Source: Candidatus Electrothrix sp. GW3-4 | Lineage (GTDB): Bacteria; Desulfobacterota; Desulfobulbia; Desulfobulbales; Desulfobulbaceae | Length of the DNA: 32,000 bases | Assembly (NCBI RefSeq): GCF_037902255.1 | Contig: NZ_CP147990.1 | Location: forward strand, 2,190,001-2,222,000 | Reading direction: 5' to 3' | Shown: piece by piece, positions 17,486 to 26,106 of the stretch | Layout: the number at the start of each line of letters is the position of its first letter | Position numbering within the stretch: the first letter of the stretch is position 1 | Position numbers and translations under genes: made by a program | The notes under the pieces: generated by a model | Seen by the model: only the letters and a program-made list of their open reading frames with translations | Told to the model about the DNA's origin: nothing | The model's database searches: none

Positions 17486-17641
17486 AGCTGCTTGTTTTTG
17501 TAGGTTTGTTCTTTGGTCAGAAAAAACCTAATACAAATTCAAGCAGCTTTCATCTATCTTATTTTTCTAAAAAAACATCACGGGGGATTGTTGTCTGTAG
17601 TTTGCTTGTACAACAGTTGGCCGAACTTAGAACCAAGCCCC

Positions 17642-18411
17642 ATCTTTCTCGCTGATAACCATACTGAAACTTCCATCTTGCTACTCTGTCGGGGTATCAC
17701 TGACAGATTCGTCACACTCTACAAGTTCAACGATTACTTTAACTTTATACCGAGTCATTCTGATCTCTCCGCATGAAATATGAGCATATGAGCCTATCCT
17801 TCTATAATCTTAATCGCATATCATGCGTGAGGGCAGTGAAAATTAATCTAACCGCATAGGTCGCAAGATTTCAAACCAGGTATCAAAACTTCGGTCATCA
17901 GCGATATCCTCTAAAATTAAATAACCCGATGACAGGTCCATAAAGACCAGGATGAGTGCATTGCAAAAAAATGTTTCGTCCGCCGCACCGATCACCTTTT
18001 TAAATACATCCTTATAATTTTGTTCAACTTATTTTTGAAACCTGATAATTGCATCCTGAAGCTGAGAGAGTCTGGTTCGTATAGGCGTGGGGATACCCCG
18101 ATATGCGTGTCGAGTCGAAGCACCTTGAAATATAGGGAAAGGGTGTCCGCTCCTATTCCATGTTGCACACCGAATATCAACAAGGTGGCAAAAAAATGCC
18201 TGCGAATCCACTCATACCCCTCTTCATGTTCCCACAAAACAGATTCTGGATAGACATTTCTTCTTTGAATTTCTTTGACTTGTCGAAACGCACGGCTTTT
18301 ACTCGTATCTGCTTTTTTTGCCAGTTGTCTATAGGTCAGTTTGCCTGACTTCCTCAAGACCGTGAAAATTCTGCCACCGATAGATCGTATTTTTTCCGTT
18401 AATGCTTTCAT
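17642..18411 (-). pseudogene. Outer-element transposase, N-terminal part (frameshifted, with a stop)
   Basis: ORF 17992-18411 carries an HTH (LTYRQLAKKADTSKSRAFRQVKE) and WIRRHFFATLLIFGVQHGIGADTLSLYF, which parallels the inner element's FLHRLVTAVHFEFTKVGVASIHNVSNF. The -1 frame continues KKVIGAADETFFCNALILVFMDLSSGYLILEDIADDRSFDTWFE and then meets stop codons. Confidence 0.55.
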
Positions 18412-18640
18412 AACGGAACTATGCTATTCTTTTACGAGTAATGAAAACGTTTTTTATCGACTTCAGGCGATAGTTTCATGGGGCGTGGTTTAATGTTGTC
18501 CCGGCTTAAGTTGGTAGCCAAATTTTGGAACCCCTGTGATTAGTTACGATAAAAGAGCACAACGGAAGCATTACCTGAATTACAAACCGATTCTTTAACT
18601 TAACGACATTGATACAGAACTCCCATTAGGTAGAGCATCC

Positions 18641-19976
18641 TCAAAAAGCTAACCTCTCATACAGGCAATACTGCAAGACTTGCCTTGGCATTTGCTCAAA
18701 GAACGCCAAAAATCGAGCGATAATATGATTCAGCTGGCTGCGTAAAAGTAAAAACCGTGAAAGATATAAATTTTCAAGCTGTTCCTGCAACTTCCTGAGC
18801 AGAACCATCAGATTCATGACCAGGAAGATACAGTTGATCCATGCTTCAGAGGTTCTCTGAAGTTTTGCCCGGATGTAGTTGAGTCGGTAGCCGTTTTTTC
18901 CTTGGCCAAATTTCCCCTCAATGGGGATCCGTTCTCGACTATCCCGAATTCGTTGTGCTTTCAGTTCCCGAAGACGTTCTTTGTTTTCTTCTGTCTCTTT
19001 CGGGGACCTGCCCAATCGTTTACCACCAAATCGAATGCCTTTCTCTTTGAGATATTTACAATTTTCTCTTGTTCCGTAAATTTGATCAGCAAGCACTGCT
19101 GCAGGATAGTAGCCATTTCGGCGTTTGTAGTTTTCCACCTGCGTCTGCAAATCCGTGCCCTCGTTGAAGGCATCCCAACCGATATGATCAACAAAAGCTA
19201 AGCCATCGACCATGCTCACGCTGAGTTTGGCACCGAACTCCACATTTTTACCTGCTTTCCCACGTACTATCGGTCGTACATGAGGTTGGGCAATGGAAAC
19301 AATTCGGTCATCGCAACGTCGTTTTCGTTTTTTGTACATCTCATCCTGCTGGTGATACACATGCTGAATGATCCAATACTGTCGTTGTTGCTGATGGGGA
19401 AGTGGAAAAGGTGCCGATCCAACATTATCAAGCAACTCATCAATATATCGCAGATTCCTTCGGACGTACTGTAGTTGCTGCCGAAGTCCGCGCCGCAGAA
19501 TTTTTCGGCCTGGTTTCTTTTTCTTAGCCAGATTCAGGTAGTTTTTACGGGCAAGTCTCCGATATGTCCTGGGCTTTTTGGGGTAGTCACTCTGTTTGTA
19601 CAGATCATCAATCAGCTGCTCGGAAATCTCACGAGCTTCGTTGAGTAAACTCAGATCGGTCGGGTAACGAATCGCTTGCTCAGCAACCGTTGCATCGACA
19701 AGCATTTTCCCCTTATTTTCAACGGGCTCATCCTCACCCTTATCCTCTTTTTCGTCTTCATTTGCCGTACTTTTCTTTGAGAGAGCAAGTTTTTCCAAAA
19801 TCACTTCTTCAAAAGCAGAAAAGACATCTTTTCCCATGCGCTTGCGAATTTCAACAAACAGGCTGGGAGCTAGAGGTCGCTTGTCTTGAAAAGAAGAAAA
19901 CCCAACAAAATATTGAAGATAGGGGTTCTCCTGAATCTGGAGTACGGTTTCTTCATCACTGAGCGTCAGCTTATGT
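18641..19976 (-). pseudogene. Copy-3 transposase, C-terminal ~445 codons
   Basis: Collinear with residues ~73-516 of the intact protein. There are about a dozen substitutions in the listed 398 aa (for example DESQEEP to DKGEDEP, RENRKY to RENCKY). The frame stays open upstream of the listed Met up to the IS junction. Confidence 0.85.
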
Positions 19977-19979
19977 TTA

Positions 19980-20867
19980 GAGCCTGTTTAAAAACTTTTT
20001 GAGACTTTACTGCTGAAGCAGTTTCATAGCATAATTTTCTTTTCAGCCATATCAAACAGCGAAAGGAAAAGCAACATGGAACGAGCTAGCTACAGCACAG
20101 ATCTCACTAATATACAATTTGAAATTATTAATAAATTCCTCCCCTCTCCTTCAAAAACCGGCAGGCCAAGATCTTATGCTCTCAGAGAGATTCTCAACGC
20201 CATTTTTTATTTGGTTCACACTGGGTGTCAATGGCGAGAAATTCCGCATGATTTCCCGAAGTGGACCAGCGTTTACTATTACTTTCGTAAATGGAAGCGG
20301 GATGGAACCTGGTTTCTCGTCAAGCAGGCAATCCACACGGATCTGCGAGAGGAACAAGGGAAAAACGCTGAGCCTTCTGCGGTTATGATTGACAGTCAAT
20401 CCGTCAAAACTGCACAGATGGCTGAGACCCGAGGGTTTGACGGCAACAAGAAAGTAAAAGGGCGAAAACGCCATGTAATTTCGGATACCCTTGGTTTTCC
20501 GCTGATCGTCAAAGTTCATGATGCCAACCTGTCGGATGGAAAGCAGTCTATCTCTATCTTTCAAACTCTTTTTTTGTGGTTTGCTTCCATTAAAATGGTT
20601 TGGGCCGATGCCGCTTATCGAGGCGATTTGGCCGACTATTTATGGTGCGCCTTTCAATGCCGGTTGGAAATCGCTCCCAATTTGAAGACTAAAGGGTTTC
20701 AAGTGGTGCCGAAACGCTGGATTATTGAAAGAACCTTCGGCTGGTTCCAATGGGATCGAAGACTGATGATTGACTACGAGCGACAGGCGCAATCAGCCGA
20801 AACTATGGTTTACATAGCATCAATCAGGAAGATGCTAAATAGGTATAAATAGTTTTTCAACAGGTTC
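19980..20867 (+). mobile_element. IS5-family (IS427/IS1031-like) insertion sequence, copy B (888 bp), nested in copy 3
   Basis: Same IRs as copy A. A TTA duplication flanks it (19977-19979 and 20868-20870). The uninterrupted copies read ..GTGCTTAATGATT.. at this site. Confidence 0.9.
20076..20852 (+). CDS. IS5-family DDE transposase (258 aa), identical to 9436-10212
   Basis: Identical translation in the ORF track. Confidence 0.9.
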   Translation: MERASYSTDLTNIQFEIINKFLPSPSKTGRPRSYALREILNAIFYLVHTGCQWREIPHDFPKWTSVYYYFRKWKRDGTWFLVKQAIHTDLREEQGKNAEPSAVMIDSQSVKTAQMAETRGFDGNKKVKGRKRHVISDTLGFPLIVKVHDANLSDGKQSISIFQTLFLWFASIKMVWADAAYRGDLADYLWCAFQCRLEIAPNLKTKGFQVVPKRWIIERTFGWFQWDRRLMIDYERQAQSAETMVYIASIRKMLNRYK

Positions 20868-20870
20868 TTA

Positions 20871-21082
20871 ATGATTAACGCGCCGATCACCAATCTGGCA
20901 TCTTTGGCTGGTCGTCCTTGATGCGGGTCCAAAGTTCGATAATATCTGATGGCGAACTCATCCCACGGAATAACTTTCTGCCATTTTATCCATCTGTTTT
21001 CTGGGTTCAGTTTTCCTCCGAACGGAAGGCTGAATCCTTCAAGGGTGAGCTGTCTATCACTGGTGTACCTGATCATGTGCAT
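20871..21082 (-). pseudogene. Copy-3 transposase, N-terminal ~70 codons
   Basis: MHMIRYTSDRQLTLEGFSLPFGGKLNPENRWIKWQKVIPWDEFAIRYYRTLDPHQGRPAKDARLVIGALII, after which the listed ORF reads into the inserted IS. Confidence 0.85.
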
Positions 21083-21180
21083 GCCTTATGAGAGGGTGAT
21101 CGTTAAAAGCATGCATATTTTACAATATTTTTATTGAAATGTCATTTTAAATCAGCGCATTGAGGCTTTTTGAGGACAAT

Positions 21181-22581
21181 CTAGGTAAACAAAGCGTCTT
21201 TTATAGGGTACCACAAATCATAGAAACTCGCATGCGTCCAAACACCACAGCGATAGCGAGCAAATAATAACATAGCAAGCTGTTGTACAAACATAGCAAC
21301 AGTGTAACCGATTGCCACCCCTGTACTTCCATAACTCTGCACTAGCAGCAAGCTACCACTAAGCGCAATAATCGAGCTCGCTATCGATATAAACATTATT
21401 ACATAATTATGTCCGGTCATGATTAATACATATCCACATGAACCAACAAGGACATTGACGGCTTGAGCTAGGCTCGTAATCATGAGCACTGTTGCGCCCG
21501 TACGATAATACTCGCCAAAAATAGTTTCTAACATCCAACCACCAAAGAAAATATAACAAAGAAGTACGGCTAAGGACGGGATAGAAGCAATGGTTGCTGT
21601 ACTTCTCAAGACCTTTTCGAGTCGTTTTTTCTGATTATCTGCATGCAGATGAACAATCAATGGTGGAAGAACTGTATTAACCACCATTAATGTCATACTT
21701 GTTAACAGTACCAAGCGGATAGCAGCCCCATAGGCAGCCACTTCTGCATCCGAACGAAAACTCCCTATAACCCAGAGACCGGATTGCCCCTGAATGAATA
21801 CCATGACTGTATTGATGAGCAATGGCCAGGAGTGGCCAGCAAGCCTTGCGTACCCTACCGATTTATCCTTTTTTGTCGATTTATCGCTGTTAGCTTTCTT
21901 GTTTATTAAGGTCAAAATCGCAATCAGTATATTGAATCCGCCTGCAACTAATATCCAAGGGAGTACTTGGTAAAGTGTTGCCTGTCCTTTGACCAGGAAA
22001 TAGTAAGCAATAAAGACTGTCGCGATTGAGGAAGTCAGGAGACCATTGATTATAACAGCTATTCGAATTTGTTGAGCGGCCTGAAATATTGCTGTAAAAA
22101 CATATTGAAATGTAAGCAGAATGAGCCAAACAGACACAAAGCCAATTGAGTTGCCCAATCTCTCCGAAGTTAACAAGTATTGATTCACCCATGGACCTAC
22201 CCATAAATACACCGCTACAGCCACCAGTAATGCACCTATCAGAGTCAGAATTAAGCCTTTACGGATAATAGCACATGCAATATGCGGCTGATCCCGTCCC
22301 AATGCCTCTGCAACAAAACGTTGTAACGTATTGTCAAGGCCTATTCTGGAAAAAATCGAAAAAAAAGTGGCCAGATTAAGAGCTAAAAAATAGGCTCCCA
22401 TATCCTCAGGAGAAAGCAGGCGTGCCAAAAGTGATGAAAGTGCTAACCCCATCAACAGTGCCGATACTTTCCCTGCAAAGGCCCATAAGCCACCTTTAAC
22501 AAGGTATTGCTTAATTGAAATTCTGTTCATTTGAACGGAGCCTTCTTCAACCATCCGGGCACTCAGAGGAGTTTTCCACAT
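21181..22581 (-). CDS. Polysaccharide flippase (Wzx / PST-family, MOP superfamily)
   Basis: About 12-14 hydrophobic segments across 466 aa. An N-terminal GGLWAFAGKVSALLMGLALSSLLARLLSPEDMGAYFLALNL is typical of polysaccharide biosynthesis (PST) proteins. The likely true start is the internal MNRISIKQYL at 22530, preceded by GAAGG. The stop codon overlaps the IS junction. Confidence 0.75.
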   Translation of the reverse strand: MWKTPLSARMVEEGSVQMNRISIKQYLVKGGLWAFAGKVSALLMGLALSSLLARLLSPEDMGAYFLALNLATFFSIFSRIGLDNTLQRFVAEALGRDQPHIACAIIRKGLILTLIGALLVAVAVYLWVGPWVNQYLLTSERLGNSIGFVSVWLILLTFQYVFTAIFQAAQQIRIAVIINGLLTSSIATVFIAYYFLVKGQATLYQVLPWILVAGGFNILIAILTLINKKANSDKSTKKDKSVGYARLAGHSWPLLINTVMVFIQGQSGLWVIGSFRSDAEVAAYGAAIRLVLLTSMTLMVVNTVLPPLIVHLHADNQKKRLEKVLRSTATIASIPSLAVLLCYIFFGGWMLETIFGEYYRTGATVLMITSLAQAVNVLVGSCGYVLIMTGHNYVIMFISIASSIIALSGSLLLVQSYGSTGVAIGYTVAMFVQQLAMLLFARYRCGVWTHASFYDLWYPIKDALFT

Positions 22582-22695
22582 ATAGATCTTAGCAAAAGCT
22601 CTGGAACACCTATGTGTAGCTTTTGCGGCTTAGCAGACTGCACCTTGTCACTCATATTGCACAGGCCCACTCTCAGTATGCCTCTGTACAGACAG

Positions 22696-24132
22696 TCATT
22701 GCCCATTAAAACTCATAACTTCCCTAACTGTCTTGAGGAGGATCTTACTGTCCAGCCTCAAGGACCATTGGTCAATATATTCTAAGTCCAAACGCATCCA
22801 ACGCTCAAAATTGATATTATTACGTCCGTTGACCTGCCAGGTACAGGTTAGCCCCGGCTTCATGGACAAACGTCGACGCTGCCACGGCTCGTATTTTTCC
22901 ACTTCTTCTGGCAGGGGTGGACGTGGACCTACCAGACTCATATGCCCCATAAGAACATTGAGCAATTGCGGTAGCTCATCCAAACTGGTTTTGCGAAGAA
23001 ATTTTCCTAAAGGCGTTATACGAGGGTCACAGGTCATCTTGAATACCGGTCCGTCAGCCTCGTTATCCTGCTGCAAATTCTTTTTTAATTTCTCCGCATC
23101 TTTTACCATAGTACGAAATTTAATTAAAGGGAAAGTACGTCCGTATAACCCGCAACGCTGTTGGACAAAAAAAGCGGGCCCCTCAGAAGTGGCTTTAATC
23201 AGTAGGGTAATAACAAAAAATATCGGCGAGAGAAGAACAAGCCCTGCTCCTGCAAGACAATAATCCACGATCTCCTTAACAAGCAAAGCGTTTTTTCGCT
23301 GAGGTGTTGTTGATAAAGACAGCGTTGGGTGGCCGAAAAAATCCTGTATGGAGATAGAGGCTATTTCGGGTTGATACATAATTTTTTCCAGCTGAAAATC
23401 TGGGACAATATGAACATTCACCCCTAAATATTCCGCAAACCTGATAAGATTCTCAATACAATCAATTTTTTTAATATCAGCTGCAAAAATAATTTCATCC
23501 ACAATATCCTCGGTCAGGAGAATAGGTAAGGTGCTTACAGAACCAAGCCTCTTGACTTTACGAAAGATATCATTCCCTTTACAGTCATTATCCGTGGTTA
23601 AGCAGCCAAGAATGCGATACCCTGCCCCCTTATCCTCTTGGATTGCATCAACAATCAGCTCTGCCCGCTGCCCAGCTCCTATGATGAGCAGATTGCGCGT
23701 ATTGTAACTCCGAGAACGATAATAGCGAAGGATATAATAAATAGTCCCTTTGCTCAATAAAAGAAAAACCGTCAAATAGGAAATAAAGAGCGAAAGCAGC
23801 ATCCTGCTGACATTATGTTCGTGCAGGAGATACAGCAAAATAATCGTACCAAACAAGATGCCAGCAACGGCCCTCATGACCCTTGTGTATATTTGCAGCA
23901 GGGTTTGGGTGCGATACGGGTGGTAGCACCTTGCCAGAGAAAACGAAAAAAAAGATATAATAACAGCAACAAGAAGGATAAAATAGTAATTCGGCTCTGT
24001 TGAAAGACCATGTCCTGAAAAAAAGCGAAAGCCTCTTTTCGTATAATACGCTGCAACAAAGGCAAGGATTACCCAAAAAATATCCACAATCATGTGGATA
24101 CGGGACAGTAATTTACTGTGTTCACGTAACAT
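22696..24132 (-). CDS. Polyprenyl-phosphate hexose-1-phosphate transferase (WcaJ/EpsB-type priming glycosyltransferase)
   Basis: 478 aa. N-terminal TM segments, a central Rossmann-like LLIIGAGQRAE, and a C-terminal bacterial sugar-transferase domain (FVQQRCGLYGRTFPLIKFRTM...DPRITPLGKFLRKTSLDELPQLLNVLMGHMSLVGPRP). Confidence 0.9.
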   Translation of the reverse strand: MLREHSKLLSRIHMIVDIFWVILAFVAAYYTKRGFRFFSGHGLSTEPNYYFILLVAVIISFFSFSLARCYHPYRTQTLLQIYTRVMRAVAGILFGTIILLYLLHEHNVSRMLLSLFISYLTVFLLLSKGTIYYILRYYRSRSYNTRNLLIIGAGQRAELIVDAIQEDKGAGYRILGCLTTDNDCKGNDIFRKVKRLGSVSTLPILLTEDIVDEIIFAADIKKIDCIENLIRFAEYLGVNVHIVPDFQLEKIMYQPEIASISIQDFFGHPTLSLSTTPQRKNALLVKEIVDYCLAGAGLVLLSPIFFVITLLIKATSEGPAFFVQQRCGLYGRTFPLIKFRTMVKDAEKLKKNLQQDNEADGPVFKMTCDPRITPLGKFLRKTSLDELPQLLNVLMGHMSLVGPRPPLPEEVEKYEPWQRRRLSMKPGLTCTWQVNGRNNINFERWMRLDLEYIDQWSLRLDSKILLKTVREVMSFNGQ

Positions 24133-24200
24133 AAATTTTCAGGAACCTCATCAACCAAGATACTGCATCAGAGAGGAACAACGGAGGGGATTCAGAGCGC

Positions 24201-26057
24201 TCAACTGGTCTCTACACTGCTATTTTTCCACAACAAATAAATATACAAACACCACAGCCGATAGCCGTGATCACGGAGTCCTTGTCTATGTTGGTGCAGG
24301 AGGTGAAGGACGCTGGGGACATGCAACAGAGTCTGTTTCTGCTCAAGGAGTTGCTCTAATTCCTTGCCCAGTTCGTTTCTAAACCAATGATGAATAGGCA
24401 CTCCAAAACCCTGCTTACGCCTGTTCCATATCGCATTGGGCAATATATCAGAAAACGCCTGTCTCAACATCTTTTTACCTGTCATTTCTGATCGATGCCA
24501 GCTTCGGGGGAGAGAAAAGGCGAGCTCTACCACATCACGATCCAAAAACGGCGCCCTGCTCTCCAAGGAATTACCCATGGATGCACGGTCAACCTTGACC
24601 AGAATATCTTGGGGCAGATAAATCAGGGCATCGGCAAACATCATTCGCTGGATATCATCAAGATGCGATTCCTCGGGGATGTTCGGAGGAGTATGCCCCC
24701 TTCCCTGTAACTCAGGAAATAAGGCATGATAATCATCACGGGTATAAAGAACTGGAGCAAAATAAGGTGTTTCCTCCTCAATCCGATTAAGGATATCCTG
24801 AAAGAGATGTGCTTTTTTAACAAGCGAACGGCTATGGTGCGCCATAGGCTCCGGGATTGACCGGATGACCTTTTCCGCCCCACGGCGAAGCGGTTTGGGT
24901 AACCGGGTATACCAGCGCAGGATAGATCTGGCCTGATAACGTTGGTAGCCGCTGAACAGCTCATCACCGCCATCACCGGAAAGGGCAACTTTGACCTTTG
25001 ATGCAGCAAGTTGTGACACCATTGCTGTGGGCAAGAGCGATGAATCGGAAAAAGGCTGGCCAATATTCTTCAGGATCAATCCGGTCAGGTATTCCCGGTC
25101 CCAGTCCTCCAGTACCTTGACATAATGATCTGTGTTCTGCTGAACAGCAATCTGCTCGGCAAACTCCCGCTCGTCATAGGAACGTTCCTGAAAACCAATG
25201 GTGAAGGTCTTCGGATGCACGCCCAGCTCCGCAGCCATGATCGAAACCACTAAGGAGGAATCAACTCCTCCAGAGAGAAAGGCCCCGACCTCGACATCGG
25301 CAACCATACGGCGTTCAACGGCCCGGATAAATGTGCTGCGCAATTCAGCAGCGGCATCTTCCCGACTTCCGGCAAAAGAACGTATCTGTAAGGACCAGTA
25401 GGATTCCTGTCTGCACGAAGCACCAGGAGACCAGGAGAGAAGATGGCCGGGCAGAACTTCATGCACCCCCTGATAGGCTGTTGTCCCAGGCAGGTAATAA
25501 CCATGACGGAGAAAATCAGCCGTAGAGTCCAGATCTTCCTCCCATGCTCCAACGGCGAGGCGACGCAGGGCCGGAAGCTCGGATGCACAGAGCAGAGAAG
25601 GCCCTGCTCCCTGATAATAAAGCGGCTTTTTCCCCATCCGGTCCCGACAGAGCAGCAGTCTTTTTTCCTGATTATCCCAGAGGGCAAAGGCCCACATCCC
25701 CTCCATTTGCTCGATAAAAGAGATCCCTTGAGTGATCAGACCGGCGAGCAGAACCTCGGTATCCCCCTTGGTCTGAAATTGCCATCTGCCTTCCAGCTGC
25801 GGTCGGAGCTCCTTATAATTATATATTTCTCCGTTATAACTGAGGATAAAACGTCCATCAGGGCTCTGCATGGGCTGAAGACTGCCCGCCTGATCAATGA
25901 TAGAAAGACGGCGATGGCCGATACTGACAGCCCTGCCCTGCCAGATGCCTTCATCATCCGGGCCACGATGCTGCATGGCACGTAAAGCACGACCTATCTT
26001 GCCCCGGTGCTCTTCACCAGTTAAGTCTTCGCTATAAAAAAACGCAATGCCGCACAT
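24201..26057 (-). CDS. asnB: Asparagine synthetase (glutamine-hydrolysing) family amidotransferase
   Basis: 618 aa. The MCGI N-terminal Cys nucleophile of class-II glutamine amidotransferases, and a PP-loop in FLSGGVDSSLVV. This family is commonly embedded in EPS loci. Confidence 0.9.
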   Translation of the reverse strand: MCGIAFFYSEDLTGEEHRGKIGRALRAMQHRGPDDEGIWQGRAVSIGHRRLSIIDQAGSLQPMQSPDGRFILSYNGEIYNYKELRPQLEGRWQFQTKGDTEVLLAGLITQGISFIEQMEGMWAFALWDNQEKRLLLCRDRMGKKPLYYQGAGPSLLCASELPALRRLAVGAWEEDLDSTADFLRHGYYLPGTTAYQGVHEVLPGHLLSWSPGASCRQESYWSLQIRSFAGSREDAAAELRSTFIRAVERRMVADVEVGAFLSGGVDSSLVVSIMAAELGVHPKTFTIGFQERSYDEREFAEQIAVQQNTDHYVKVLEDWDREYLTGLILKNIGQPFSDSSLLPTAMVSQLAASKVKVALSGDGGDELFSGYQRYQARSILRWYTRLPKPLRRGAEKVIRSIPEPMAHHSRSLVKKAHLFQDILNRIEEETPYFAPVLYTRDDYHALFPELQGRGHTPPNIPEESHLDDIQRMMFADALIYLPQDILVKVDRASMGNSLESRAPFLDRDVVELAFSLPRSWHRSEMTGKKMLRQAFSDILPNAIWNRRKQGFGVPIHHWFRNELGKELEQLLEQKQTLLHVPSVLHLLHQHRQGLRDHGYRLWCLYIYLLWKNSSVETS

Positions 26058-26106
26058 AATCTATATTCGCTTTCTATGGGGGCAAGAAACCCTTTGGCAC
26101 GATGCC

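Larger units (their letters stand above)
14698..17641 (-). mobile_element. Compact IR-bounded IS encoding a DUF6399-like transposase-type protein (1,862 bp without its own IS insertion)
   Basis: 24-bp terminal IRs: 14698-14721 GGGCTTGGTTCTAAATTCGGCCAA versus rc(17617-17640) GGGCTTGGTTCTAAGTTCGGCCAA, 23/24. ATC lies on both flanks (14695-14697 and 17642-17644, counting C17641 as element). Excision restores a continuous reading frame in the host gene. Confidence 0.7.
13317..18534 (-). mobile_element. Degenerate outer IS (ISKra4/ISNCY-like transposase) that hosts the nested stack; ends tentative
   Basis: Transposase remnants lie at 17642-18411 and 13685-14697. The candidate right terminus 18511-18534, TTGGTAGCCAAATTTTGGAACCCC, resembles the right IR of the inner element (TTGGCCGAACTTAGAACCAAGCCC). 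The candidate left terminus 13317-13340, GGGGCTAGGTGAATTAATTGGCTC, is only weakly similar. Confidence 0.35.
18633..21181 (-). mobile_element. IS5/IS1182-type insertion sequence, copy 3 (diverged), interrupted by the 888-bp IS
   Basis: Same termini as copies 1 and 2. Flanked by TAGGTA (18627-18632 and 21182-21187). 2,549 bp minus 888 bp minus a 3-bp duplication equals 1,658 bp, exactly the length of the intact copies. Confidence 0.9.

Noticed and set aside
17513-17776. An 87-aa plus-strand ORF, and likewise 8517-8720 (67 aa) and 14662-14892 (76 aa)
   Set aside because: They span IS termini, hairpins or junctions, lack ribosome-binding context and motifs, and overlap better-supported features.
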